DNA of 63,450 nucleotides, filler included. It is 13 parts of 13 records of this genome, joined end to end, with 100 filler letters (N's around TTAATTAATTAA, not from the genome) between each part and the next. Parts side by side here need not be neighbours in the genome. Positions count along the whole stretch, not along the records: positions 20,871 to 25,513 come from SRR7504441_56398; positions 25,614 to 29,795 come from SRR7504441_56399; positions 29,896 to 35,273 come from SRR7504441_56430; 10 more parts are not named here. One strand, given 5' to 3'. Of the stretch, positions 22,559-32,702 are shown one piece after another. How positions within the stretch are numbered: position 1 is the first letter of the stretch; each line of letters begins with the position of its first letter. A program made the translations under genes and the position numbers. The notes under the pieces were generated by a model. That model worked only from the letters and a program-made list of their open reading frames with translations, was not told the DNA's origin and searched no databases.

Positions 22559-24931
22559 ATGGCCGACTCACGGATCTGGGCAATGGGTGGCCGCTGGGCC
22601 TCCGGCGACGGGCATTCCGAGGAGGCGGCGGAGGAACGGCCCAACCTGACCCGGCGGGCGATGGTGGGGTATGGCTACCAGGAGCGCAAGACGGCCCGCG
22701 AGCAGCTGTGGCGCGAATACAAGAGTTGCGGACTGGTGGAGGAGCAATTCGGCGGAGGCGACCGGACCATAAAGAGGTGGGCGCGGGTGCGGAAGGAGAA
22801 AGACTGCTTCTTGGCATTTCAGCTGCTCTGCCCTGCGCTGGACTGGCTGTTCAGCTACGATTTGCCCACAGCGATAGCCGACGGAATCGCCGGGGGCGTC
22901 ATGGGCCTGGTATCGGTCCCCCTGGGGTTCGCGCACTCACTGATTGCCGGAGTTTCGCCGCTGGTCGGGCTTTGGACCTGCTTCATACCCACAATCACCT
23001 ACGCGATGCTCGGTACCTCCCGGCACGCTTCTCAGGGCACCGACGCCACGCTGGCGCTGCTGACCCACGGGGCTGTGAAGCAGTACCCCGACAGCGAGGC
23101 TGATCAGATTGCGCAGATCCTGGCGCTGATGGTCGGGTGCGTGATGTTCCTGCTAGGACTCCTCCGGGCTGACTACGTGATGCACTACATCTCTAGGCCT
23201 ATCCTCTCCGGGTTTATTTCGGGCTGTACCGTGCTCGTGTTCCTCTCGCAGATCAAGTACCTGATTGGTGTGGACTATGACACTTCGAGGTACGGCGTAG
23301 TCAATTTCTATAGGTTCTGGGAGAATGTCGACGACACCCGGCTGGTGACTTCAGTTTACTCACTGAGTATACTCTTCATTTTGGTCACTGCAGTCGTGAT
23401 CAAAGCCTTCATGGTCGCTGGGGACGAACCTTATTCGTTTGGAGGGCCACATAACGTGTCGTCGAGCTGCGCGGAGGCCTGCCAGCGCACCAGCGGGGCC
23501 AGTATGTGCCGGGGAGTTATACTGTTTCTGCTCACCCTCATGCCTATCATCACCTGTGCATTGGCCACGGTAATCACATGGATTATATACAAGAGCAAAG
23601 ATGACGACAGCTGGCGGGTCGCTATCATCGACTTGTCGGACTTGAAGCTTCCGGTCCCAGGGATCAGTGGGGTCTCGGCCTCAAACAGTAACCTGATTGC
23701 GGAGCTGCTGCCGGAGGCCGCTCTGATTGCCATCATCTCGTACATCTCTTCCATGTCCCAGGCACTCACCTTCACCAGGGGACAGTACGAGGTTTCTGGG
23801 GTGGGTGAGCTCATAGCGCTGGGCGCCGCGTCGGCTCTTGGCAGCGTCTTTGGGTCCATGCCTCCCTCCACTGGACTCACGAGGACTGCAATGGCCGTCT
23901 CGGCGGGCCAACGAACCCAAATGACCTCTGCAATTTCATTCGGTGTGCTATTCGTTGTCATTGGCATCATGGATGGCGCGTTCAGGTACATGCCGCTGTG
24001 CTCGTTGGCGTGTATCGTGTGTGTGACCTCAGTGGCCATGTTCGACTGGAGGACTCCTCGTTGGCTGTATAAGATTCGCGCAAAGGAGGACTTGTCGTGT
24101 TGGTGCTTTGCGATGGTGGTCACGGTAGTGGCGGGCACGAGGTTTGGGTTGGGTGCATCGCTGGTGCTCTCTTTGGTGCTGATCATCCAGCGCATATCGC
24201 TCCCTGGAATGACCGCCTTGGGCCGGAATAAGCGAGATGGTGCCGAGAGCTTCGGTCCACTTTCTAATGTCGATCATGAGCTGATCCCAGGGATAATTAT
24301 CATTCATGTCAGAGACACTATCTTTTTCGTCAACGCTGGCCGTCTGAAAGATCAGCTGGTCGGGGTGGTGCAGGATGCTCGAGAGATCAATCAGCCGCTG
24401 CATGTAGTGATCCTTGACCTAAGCACTGTGAACTCGATTGATCCGACAGCACTAACGTCTCTCTCTGAAGCCAGTGTGCTGATGGAGCAGTTCAATGTGT
24501 CGATAATGCTAGCTGAGGTGCAGCCTGAAGTGTACATGTTCTTGCAGTCTTCTGGCTTCCAGCGGGAGCTGAAACAGGACTTGCATCTCCAAGCCAGTTT
24601 GAATGACGTCATGGAGACTGCCCTAAGCGCTGTTGACACGAAGGAGAAGATGATGCGAGAAGGGGCTAGGGCAGAAGGAGGGTCGAGCCATTCCGGCCGG
24701 GAAAATGTGAATGAGAGCATGCGCTCGGAGCCAGTGGGAGTTGCGGGAGTGAAGCTGGACAACCTAGCAGAGGAGGAAGCACCGGACGAGGCGCATCCCA
24801 GAGGCCCATCCGAGCAGCAACCGCTGACGCCCACCGAGCCTATGCGGAGCAACCGCTTCTTTAGTGACTCGGATAGTGACGATGACAATCAAAGTGTTGA
24901 TGTTATTCCGCGTTCGGAGGCACGATTGTGA
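22559..24931 (+). CDS. SLC26/SulP anion transporter with STAS domain, intronless
   Basis: DGIAGGVMGLVSVPLGFAHS, YAMLGTSRHASQG, GELIALGAA, TGLTRTA, IFFVNA, VILDLSTVNSIDPTA. Confidence 0.95.
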   Translation: MADSRIWAMGGRWASGDGHSEEAAEERPNLTRRAMVGYGYQERKTAREQLWREYKSCGLVEEQFGGGDRTIKRWARVRKEKDCFLAFQLLCPALDWLFSYDLPTAIADGIAGGVMGLVSVPLGFAHSLIAGVSPLVGLWTCFIPTITYAMLGTSRHASQGTDATLALLTHGAVKQYPDSEADQIAQILALMVGCVMFLLGLLRADYVMHYISRPILSGFISGCTVLVFLSQIKYLIGVDYDTSRYGVVNFYRFWENVDDTRLVTSVYSLSILFILVTAVVIKAFMVAGDEPYSFGGPHNVSSSCAEACQRTSGASMCRGVILFLLTLMPIITCALATVITWIIYKSKDDDSWRVAIIDLSDLKLPVPGISGVSASNSNLIAELLPEAALIAIISYISSMSQALTFTRGQYEVSGVGELIALGAASALGSVFGSMPPSTGLTRTAMAVSAGQRTQMTSAISFGVLFVVIGIMDGAFRYMPLCSLACIVCVTSVAMFDWRTPRWLYKIRAKEDLSCWCFAMVVTVVAGTRFGLGASLVLSLVLIIQRISLPGMTALGRNKRDGAESFGPLSNVDHELIPGIIIIHVRDTIFFVNAGRLKDQLVGVVQDAREINQPLHVVILDLSTVNSIDPTALTSLSEASVLMEQFNVSIMLAEVQPEVYMFLQSSGFQRELKQDLHLQASLNDVMETALSAVDTKEKMMREGARAEGGSSHSGRENVNESMRSEPVGVAGVKLDNLAEEEAPDEAHPRGPSEQQPLTPTEPMRSNRFFSDSDSDDDNQSVDVIPRSEARL

Positions 24932-25152
24932 CGATATAATCTCAACATCGGGCATGTATATTTCTAGGTAAGTATCATGATCAAAGGCCATTTATATGAA
25001 TTTTGCATGAACTAACTCCAACCTCAGGGTAGACTTACTATAGACTCATGGTCATGAATCGAGATCATGATTGGGCAGGACGATTACAGAACGATCGCCA
25101 TTTATGATTACATGTTTAATCATTGCTGTCAGCCGCGATGTTCTGCATGCAA

Positions 25153-25513
25153 TCAAATCGCATAGTTATAGAATGCATGCAAATGGTGAGTAGAAAAGAC
25201 AGCGTCTTCGTGATGAAGCGCCGCCTTTGGTGATATTAAAACAGGCTCGAAATGTTCGCTCTCTTGGCCAGCAGCAAGTGCGGCTGTTCCATTAAACAAC
25301 ATCTTGCGGACTGGCCATTCTTGCGGACATGTTGGCTGCATATTTGGGCCCATCTGGACCTCGAGCAGCCATGGCTTTAGGCCCTCGTCGACAACAAAAT
25401 CAATCCCGTACAGCGCGAGGCACTGTTTGTGCACCTGAAACGAGCCTAAGCCACCTGGCAAGTTATCTTTGTCCCGGCGTTTTACAATGTTTGAAAGCAG
25501 ATACTCTGAGTTA
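25153..25513 (-). CDS. Tubulin-tyrosine ligase-like (ATP-grasp) C-terminal fragment
   Basis: CLALYGIDFVVDEGLKPWLLEVQMGPNM. Confidence 0.75.
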
Positions 25514-25613
25514 NNNNNNNNNNNNNNNNNNNNNNNNNNNNNNNNNNNNNNNNNNNNTTAATTAATTAANNNNNNNNNNNNNNNNNNNNNNNNNNNNNNN
25601 NNNNNNNNNNNNN

Positions 25614-26316
25614 CCGGCGAGCTTCTGCGCTGCGCATGCTGGTACGTGGAGCAGGGGTGTGGCTGTGCGTATGAGTACACAGCGAGGGCCAACGAGAAGT
25701 TTGAGCCTCGACAGCCCGAGCCGTGGCTTGATCAGATAACCGAAGCAGTGATGGGATTGCTCCAGGCTGGGCCCGGGAGTCGGCGCCGGTTCTCGTCAGT
25801 GGTGCTCAATTACTACGAGGACGGGGAGAGCGGCACGGGTGGGCAAGGTTGGTGAGGGCGGCTTAGATGGGGCAGGATGGCATGCGGACGATGAGGACTT
25901 ATTCGGGGCTAAGCAAGAGGATGTGAGCATTGTGAGCCTCTCGCTGGGCGCCTCGCGCCGTTTTTGCCTGCGCCGCAAGGTGGTACCGTGGTGCCGCTGA
26001 TGACTGAGCAGAGCTTTAGGACAGAGGGGTGCAGCAGGAAGCAACGAGTACGGACACGGTGCCTCCAGCGGGGGAGGGCGAGGCTCTGATTGGGGCTCGA
26101 GTTCAGGTCATCTGGTTGCACGATGGCGATGTGGCGGTGATGGACGGCCGATTCCAGCGGGACTATCTTCACCAGCTGAGGAAAGAGCCTGGCACAAGTA
26201 GTTGTGATTGCCTTTTTAGCTTGCTCATTGGGTTGGGCACAGACGAACCGCGAGTGAATTTGACGTGGCGTTGGATTGTGAACCATGGCGCGAGCTGCCC
26301 AATGTCACTATGCTAA
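25614..26316 (+). CDS. AlkB-family 2OG-Fe(II) dioxygenase (ALKBH2/3-like); 5' end cut, multi-exon
   Basis: SVVLNYYEDG, GWHADDE, IVSLSLGASRRF, GDVAVMDG, YLHQL, RVNLTWR. Confidence 0.9.
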
Positions 26317-26432
26317 CATTTGGACTCCCGTGTATGATAACAAACGTAATATTCAAATGAGCGCTTGCGTACATGTACCCACGATAATTAAATTAAAATT
26401 GACCTCTGGAGAGCCGACCTCGCGACCTCGTC

Positions 26433-27059
26433 TCAGTAGACGTCCAGCCTCTTCATCTCTTCGTCCATGGCGCGCGTTTGGCGGTTCTCCTGATTCCACT
26501 TCGCAATATACTTCTGAGCATAGTATTTGTACGCCCCTGGGCTGCACGGACTGCCGGGAGGCGCCGGCATGGCCGCCGCCGCCCCGCCACCCGGCTGGCT
26601 GCTCACTCTGTCCACGGCTTGCTGCTCCATCGCGCCAAGCTGTGCGTCCAGCGCCTCCACTTTCTCCGCAAACCCGCGAACCTTAAACATGAGCCGGGCA
26701 GGGTCGCTCCGTTCGGCAGGCTTCCGCTCCACCGGAACCTCGCCCGCAGCCTTCCGCAGGGCCACCACCTCGGCCTTACTTGCCTCAGCGCGCTGCCGGG
26801 TTGCGGCTATCATCGCGTCGGCACGTACCACCGCCTCCGCCGCGAGCTCGGCCGCTGCGACGTCCTGGGCGACCCGTCGCTCGGCGAGGCGGTCGGCCCG
26901 GGCCTTGGCGGCCTCGGCCTCGGCACGGAGGGCGACCAGGCTGGCGTGCGACTGCTTCAGATCCGACTCGGCGGCTTCGGCTGGGTCGAAACGACTGGCG
27001 CAGCGGCGCTGGAAGGCCTGCAGTGACAGCAGGAGCGGGGCGGGCTCCGGCGACGACAT
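26433..27059 (-). CDS. Hypothetical Ala-rich coiled-coil protein
   Basis: About 208-aa ORF facing away from Hsp10. Confidence 0.6.
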   Translation of the reverse strand: MSSPEPAPLLLSLQAFQRRCASRFDPAEAAESDLKQSHASLVALRAEAEAAKARADRLAERRVAQDVAAAELAAEAVVRADAMIAATRQRAEASKAEVVALRKAAGEVPVERKPAERSDPARLMFKVRGFAEKVEALDAQLGAMEQQAVDRVSSQPGGGAAAAMPAPPGSPCSPGAYKYYAQKYIAKWNQENRQTRAMDEEMKRLDVY

Positions 27060-27180
27060 TGCGCCCCGCGTCCACCTGGCCACGCCGCAAGGCGTTTGTC
27101 TTGAAGGAATTTTTGGTCAGCCCAACGTACATCATCGCACGATTCCCGCGCTCGATCGCGAGGACCGACTTCTTCTTCAC

Positions 27181-27719
27181 ATGGTGCGCGTCAGCACGTA
27201 GCTGGCGGTCTAGCTTGGCGCGGTGATTGCGGGGGCGGGGCCGGCTTGTAGCCCCAAAGCCGCTTGCTCCTCACCCCGGCTGCGGCAGGCGAAACGCGCA
27301 GTAGCCAGCTTCGTGCCGTTGCTCGACCGCGTGCTGGTTCAACGCACAGTGGCGGTCGGCCGGCCCAGACGCCGGAGGTCCTGAGGCGTGGGGGCAGCAA
27401 AGCAAGACCGCCGGGGGGATTCTGCTCCCTGAGTCAGTCCAGAGCAAAGTCAACGAGGGCACTGTGATCGCAGTCGGGCCCGGCGGGAGGACCCGGGACG
27501 GGGCGGCGATCCCGATGGTGGGCCCGGGCTCTGGGCTCGGCCGAGCCGTTGGGGCAGTCGGTAGCACAGGGGGACACAGTAATGCTTCCGGAGTATGGCG
27601 GCACTTCCGTCAAGTTCGATGATGAAGTGGAGTGAGCTGACGAGCCGGGGCCGGCCGGCGAGCCCAGGGGCAGGTACCACATCTTCAGGGATGAAGACAT
27701 CCTCGGCAAGCTCAAGTAG
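27181..27719 (+). CDS. HSP10: 10 kDa chaperonin (Hsp10/Cpn10), 4 or more introns; missed by the ORF track
   Basis: Spliced: M..FVPLLDRVLVQR..KTAGGILLPES..EGTVIAVGPG..GDTVMLPEYGGTSVK..YHIFRDEDILGKL*. Confidence 0.93.
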
Positions 27720-28125
27720 ATTTATTTCCGGGCGGCTTGAGGCACCCTCGAGTGTCGGCTGAAGAGAGCGAGTGGAATGCTCTTGGTTCTTTATGAGATT
27801 AATTAGGTAAGCGATTTAGGTTTAATGAAGTCGGGATTCGTCCTAGATCAATGTTGCCTGGACAATGCGGCGGTGCCTCCGTCATGAGAACGCACCCTCT
27901 TGACCATTGAGCGTATCAAGTGTCCTAGCGATCGCCTTTTGAAAAAGCACAGGTGCGACTGTATACTGTTATAATAACCGTATCATACAGAGTCTGCCAA
28001 GCAATTGCTCTACGTGCCAAAATTTGCTAGCTCATGTTGTCTGCATACAGCCCAGCCGGTGCTAGCCTAGCGCTAGCATCAGCTCGTTAGTCAATCAGCC
28101 CTCAGGGCGTGCATCAGCTCATTGA

Positions 28126-29085
28126 TCAGTCCTCCGGGTACTTGTCCCTCAAAGCTTGGGCCGGCACGTACCTGCCCCAGCTCTCGCCCAGCCGCTGACC
28201 GCCCGGTCACCGGCCCTCCAACGGCAGAAACTGGCTCAGGTAGCTCTCGACCATCGGATTATGGATAGGCTCCGCCTCTCCCCCGGACCTGCCTCCCAGC
28301 TCGGGCCCCGGCTAGGCGATCAGCCGTCACACTAGGTCCAGGTTCTCCTGGGCCGCGTAGCAGGTCTGTTCGCTCCACCAACAGGCTTGCCCGCCGTTCC
28401 GGTCGCGCAGGTCCACCAAAACTTCATAGAAAGGTTGATTCGCTCCTCCGGGTAGGCTGCAACAGAACTCAGCTGACCCGCAAGGCCGACCCACTCGTGC
28501 ACGTGCATCGAGCGCTGCCACTCGGCGCTCTGCAGGCAGCGCTGGTCCCACCCGACCACAACGCCGCGGTACTGGTACTTGCGGTGCTTTACCTGCCTCG
28601 GCCGGTCGGCCCGACCGGCCCTCGGCCGCACCAACTGCCCTACATGCAGCTCCACTTCGGTTGGCCGGGCCGCCCATTCGGGCGAGCTGCCCCCCGTCGG
28701 CCCCGCCCGGCCGGTTGACCCACTCAAGCTGGGCCACGCGCTTGGAGAGCTGCTGCATGGCTGAGAATCCTAGAGACTGCAGCTCGTAAAGGTCGGCCGG
28801 ATCGGTGAACGATCTGATCGGACGGTGGGCACTGGAGGCAGGCGGGGCGGGCACCTGTGCAGCTGCACCTGCCGGATCAGCTCGGCGGCCGGGCGCAGTC
28901 CGCGCGGGTCCGGGGAGGTGGGCCAGACGAACTTTGTGGCCTCCTGCGGCCGCCTGGGGTGAGTCGGGACTGGGGCGGTGGGCTGCCTTGGCCGGCGAGA
29001 GCTGACGGGCGGTGCATCGGGCCTCAAGCCGATGCGCGAGCCGCAGGAGCCCCCGCACGAGCGCCAGCGAGACTCTGTCCTGCAT
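28126..29085 (-). CDS. HspQ/YccV-like (hemimethylated DNA-binding domain) protein, multi-exon
   Basis: VGQLVKHRKYQYRGVVVGWD, NQPFYEVLVD, YAAQENL, IHNPMVESYL, LRDKYPED*. Confidence 0.85.
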
Positions 29086-29180
29086 TAGCGCGCGCCCACT
29101 TCAAGCAACGTGGCAATCCGTTGCTGGGAGGAGACTGGAGGACGTTACTCTGCCAGCAGCGGCTTGGACAGCTCAGGGCG

Positions 29181-29795
29181 ATGCGCATCCAAACCGAGGG
29201 TGGGCCCGGCGGTGGCGGGCGGGGCGATCCGGGGAGGCAGGCACCGAGCTCACCCCAGAGCAGATCGAACTGTTCAGCGAGACCTTCAAGCTCTTCGACA
29301 AGGACGGCAGGTCGGCTGGGCCCATCCGGCCACCAGACTGAGCCGGGCCGCAGCGGCACCATCGACGTCCAGGAGTTTAGGTCGGTCTGTGAGACGATCG
29401 GGATGCGCCCGACCGACACGGAGCTTCAGCTGATGGTCAGTCCGCCGCCCCATCCGCTCCCCGCGGGCAGCGGTCGGTTGGAGCCTGTGCTGACTGGTGC
29501 TGCGGCAGCTGATGGATGTAGACAAGGACAACTCGGGCGACATCGACCTGCAGGAGTTCATTGAGGCGATGCGCACTAAGTACGTCGACAACGAGGGCCC
29601 CGAGGTTGCCGCCCGGCCCGGCCGGTACGCGAGCCTGCGGCAGCTCATGAAGTCGGCCTTTGAGATTTTCGACACGGATGGGAGCGGGACCCTGTCGTAT
29701 GAGGTGGGCGCGGGCTGGTGCTGGCGGGCTGATCCGGGCGGGCAGGAGATGACAGATGTGCTAATGAACCTTGGGCAGGACATGGATCACACCAC
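29181..29795 (+). CDS. Calmodulin/centrin-like EF-hand protein; 3' end cut, multi-exon
   Basis: ELTPEQIELFSETFKLFDKDGSGTIDVQEF; DKDNSGDIDLQEF; FDTDGSGTLSYEE. Confidence 0.9.
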
Positions 29796-29895
29796 NNNNN
29801 NNNNNNNNNNNNNNNNNNNNNNNNNNNNNNNNNNNNNNNTTAATTAATTAANNNNNNNNNNNNNNNNNNNNNNNNNNNNNNNNNNNNNNNNNNNN

Positions 29896-31071
29896 GGGGG
29901 GGGGGCGCACACTCAGCCTTTCTATCTCCTTGATCAGCACCCGTGCCTCTGAGTGGTACAGGTCCCGCAATCCGAGACACGCGGCGTGCTTGCGCTCGAG
30001 CAGCCCAGTCTTCTGCTCCTTCCACAGGATCTTCTGGAGCGTCTCGCTCTTCACCTGCCGCTTGGCTCAGCCGCAGCCCATTGGATCTGCTTGCCTCTTT
30101 GATCTTGCCACAGAGTTCCTCCTGCAGCTCCTTGCTCTCCTTTGTGACTGCGTCCAATCGCTCTGCCCCGCCCGGTCAGCCGCTGGCCCGGCTGTGGCCC
30201 ACCCTGCTCGTCGCTCAGCTCATGGTCGAGCCGTTCCTTCAGCATGGTCTGGAACTGCACCTAGCATAAGAGCCGAACCCCCCCCCCCCCACGGGGCCAC
30301 CTGAGCTGCAGCCTCCGCGCCCACCAGCCCCTTGCCCGCACACTCTGCCCGCACCCGCTCGCACTCCTGCAGCCCCGTCAGCCGCCCGCACGCGCCAGCC
30401 GGCTGCCTGCTGCTTAGCAAACAGAGTGCTCTCCACCACTGTGGCCCGCTGCTGTCTCATCTCCTCCTCTTCACTCAGAGAGGCCCGGAGCCCCCCCTGC
30501 CGCCCAGGAATGAGCATAAAGCCCCGGCACCAGCGGTCGCCTCCTTGGCCGAGATCTCTTCTTCCTCCTGCCGGATCGTCTTCTCCAGTTTATTCAGCAC
30601 GGCCTCCTTGGCGTCAACTGCACCGGGCTCAGCCCGGCCGCGGCAAACCCACCGTCGTCGTCGGCCTTGTCGATGTCTCGGTTGAACTTGTCGATCTGGG
30701 CCTCGAGCGCCTTCTCGTTCAGGTCGGTGTTGACCACCTTCATCTTCTTGGCCTCCAGCTCTGTCCGGAGCGCGATGATCTCCGCGTCCAGACTGGCCAG
30801 CGACTTCTGGAGCACCAGGATTGTGCTCTGGCACTCTGACCCGCCGCTCGCCCCGGCCGGGCCGGCCGGGCACCCTTGGCGTGCACGGTCATGTTGCAGC
30901 AATGGCAGGCTGGCTCGCCCATGTTCTCGGCCCGGAACTGCTCGACGTATGCATCCCCGCCGAGGTTGTAGTCCACCTTGACGATCTGCCTCAGACGGTT
31001 AGCTGCCCGCCCCGCCGGCTGCCCACGTCATCGGTCCCCTTCTTCTTCCCATCGGTCCCCTTCTTGCCCAT
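29896..31071 (-). CDS. Coiled-coil protein starting MGKKG, multi-exon, 3' end cut
   Basis: Heptad-rich exons joined by GT-AG and GC-AG tiny introns. Confidence 0.65.
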
Positions 31072-31143
31072 CGCAACTCCTTGTGGCCCTCACCTCTCCA
31101 TTGTGCCGTTGGCCTGAAAATTCACATCGATTCGCTCCGAATC

Positions 31144-31983
31144 ATGGGCGCGGAGCAGTCGCGTCGCTGGGGCGCGCAGCGGGAGGGCGACCTGCTGCAC
31201 GCCGCCGCGGATGAGGTTCTGGACAGCGCCTTCCGGAGTCCATCCCCGGGGCTCGAGGCCGTGCTGGCCGCGTCCGGTGGGCCAAGGGACCGGCTACCGG
31301 CCCGGTGTATCCACGCGCTCGAGCTGCTCGAGAAAGCCAGGATCCGACTGCTGGTGGTCCGGCACCTGAGCCCGACCAGCCGGTTCGTGCTCACCTGCCG
31401 GGCGCTGCGCTGTGCCGCCGACGACGATTACTGGCGCGGCTGGCTGGCGGGGGCCCTGGAGGCGCAGTACGCCCCGCCCCAGAGCCCGCCCATGTCCCTG
31501 TTCAACCCGTCGCTGGTCCAGACTCGGAGCGGGGTGCTCCGGGCCCAGCAGCTCCAGCTCGAGTTCCCGGAGACCTCGCCCGCCGAGCTCTACCGGCACA
31601 TCTACCGTCTGGCCCGGCTGCGGCAGACCGACGGATGGCTCCCGTTCGTGCTCTCTTGGGACGGTGAGAGTGACGGCGAGTTGAGTCCAACCAGCCTGCT
31701 CCGGCGGCTGGGGGCCCCCGACAGCGGCCAGGCCCACCTGGATGCGGACGGGAAGCACGTGGAGCGCCAGTTTTCACAGGGCGCGCTGGCCAGCCGGCGA
31801 AAGGCGTACCTGAACGGCCAGCAGGGATCCAAGCCGCTGATGGCGAGCGCCCGTACGCTCGGGCTGTGGCTCGGGCAGTGCGAGCCGGGCAAGGGGCATC
31901 AGTTTGTCAACATGTTCGCCGCGGTCCGGTCACATCCGAGGCTGGTCACTGGGTTCACCAGCGGCACGTTCGAAGCGGCCTGA
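31144..31983 (+). CDS. Hypothetical protein with possible F-box-like segment and MG-x-x-x-S myristoylation-type start
   Basis: Intronless ORF MGAEQS...; RLLVVRHLS..FVLTCRALRCAADDDYW. Confidence 0.5.
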   Translation: MGAEQSRRWGAQREGDLLHAAADEVLDSAFRSPSPGLEAVLAASGGPRDRLPARCIHALELLEKARIRLLVVRHLSPTSRFVLTCRALRCAADDDYWRGWLAGALEAQYAPPQSPPMSLFNPSLVQTRSGVLRAQQLQLEFPETSPAELYRHIYRLARLRQTDGWLPFVLSWDGESDGELSPTSLLRRLGAPDSGQAHLDADGKHVERQFSQGALASRRKAYLNGQQGSKPLMASARTLGLWLGQCEPGKGHQFVNMFAAVRSHPRLVTGFTSGTFEAA

Positions 31984-32161
31984 TCTGCCGCGGCCTGCGG
32001 GCGAGGATAGATACGTGTACAATGGATGGTCGGCTACCGGTAATGCTAAGCTATAAATCGATTTCCTCGTAATACAATGCGATAGTACGTGCAGTTCATT
32101 CATCAGCGAGTACTCGTACGAGTATGATGAAGCATGTTACAAGGCATCCTCTTGGCCGGCC

Positions 32162-32560
32162 TCAGAACAGCTGCGGCGGTCTCGGGTAGACTCGGTCTCG
32201 CAGGTGCACCACCGGCAGCGGCTCCTGCCACCGGCCCCGCGGCCACATCCCGCCCGGTCTGAACAGCACCCCCGGTCCCAGCCCGCCAGTTTGCTCAAAG
32301 AACGGATGCAGCCGGCGGCAGTCAGCCAGCTCGCCCCGTGGCACCCGCTGGGCCGTGGTCGACCCGCCCGGCAGCGGCTCGGGGTCCACCCGCGGCGGCT
32401 GGGGCTCCATCCTTGGCCCTATCGCCGCCTCACCCGGGCCCGGCCAGCCGTTGGCTTCCCCGGCGGGGGCGGCCGGTCGGAGAATCGCCCGGCGCCAGTG
32501 CGGCCGCCGGGTCGGCACCCTGGGGCCCCCACGCTGGGGTGCCGCTGACAGCCACGACAT
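32162..32560 (-). CDS. Small Pro-rich hypothetical protein
   Basis: ORF facing away from anoctamin; no homology recognised. Confidence 0.3.
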   Translation of the reverse strand: MSWLSAAPQRGGPRVPTRRPHWRRAILRPAAPAGEANGWPGPGEAAIGPRMEPQPPRVDPEPLPGGSTTAQRVPRGELADCRRLHPFFEQTGGLGPGVLFRPGGMWPRGRWQEPLPVVHLRDRVYPRPPQLF

Positions 32561-32702
32561 GTCAGCCGACTGTTGCGCCAACCTCCCTGGATTGACGTGA
32601 AGGCTGCCGTTGCAGAATTTTCTTGATTTGCTCTCAACAGGTTGCCTTGGTACGGCAGGGTAAGCACGCAAGGAGCAGGGAGGGCCGTGTGCTTGTGTGG
32701 CG

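Noticed and set aside
27184-27288. Box C/D snoRNA in the Hsp10 first intron
   Set aside because: Only a weak C-like GTGATTG and no CTGA D box
27720-28125. tRNA, snRNA or SECIS in the longer intergenic stretches (also 53563-54082, 59532-59911)
   Set aside because: No cloverleaf, convincing Sm-site RNA or box motifs found by eye; an Infernal scan is still worthwhile
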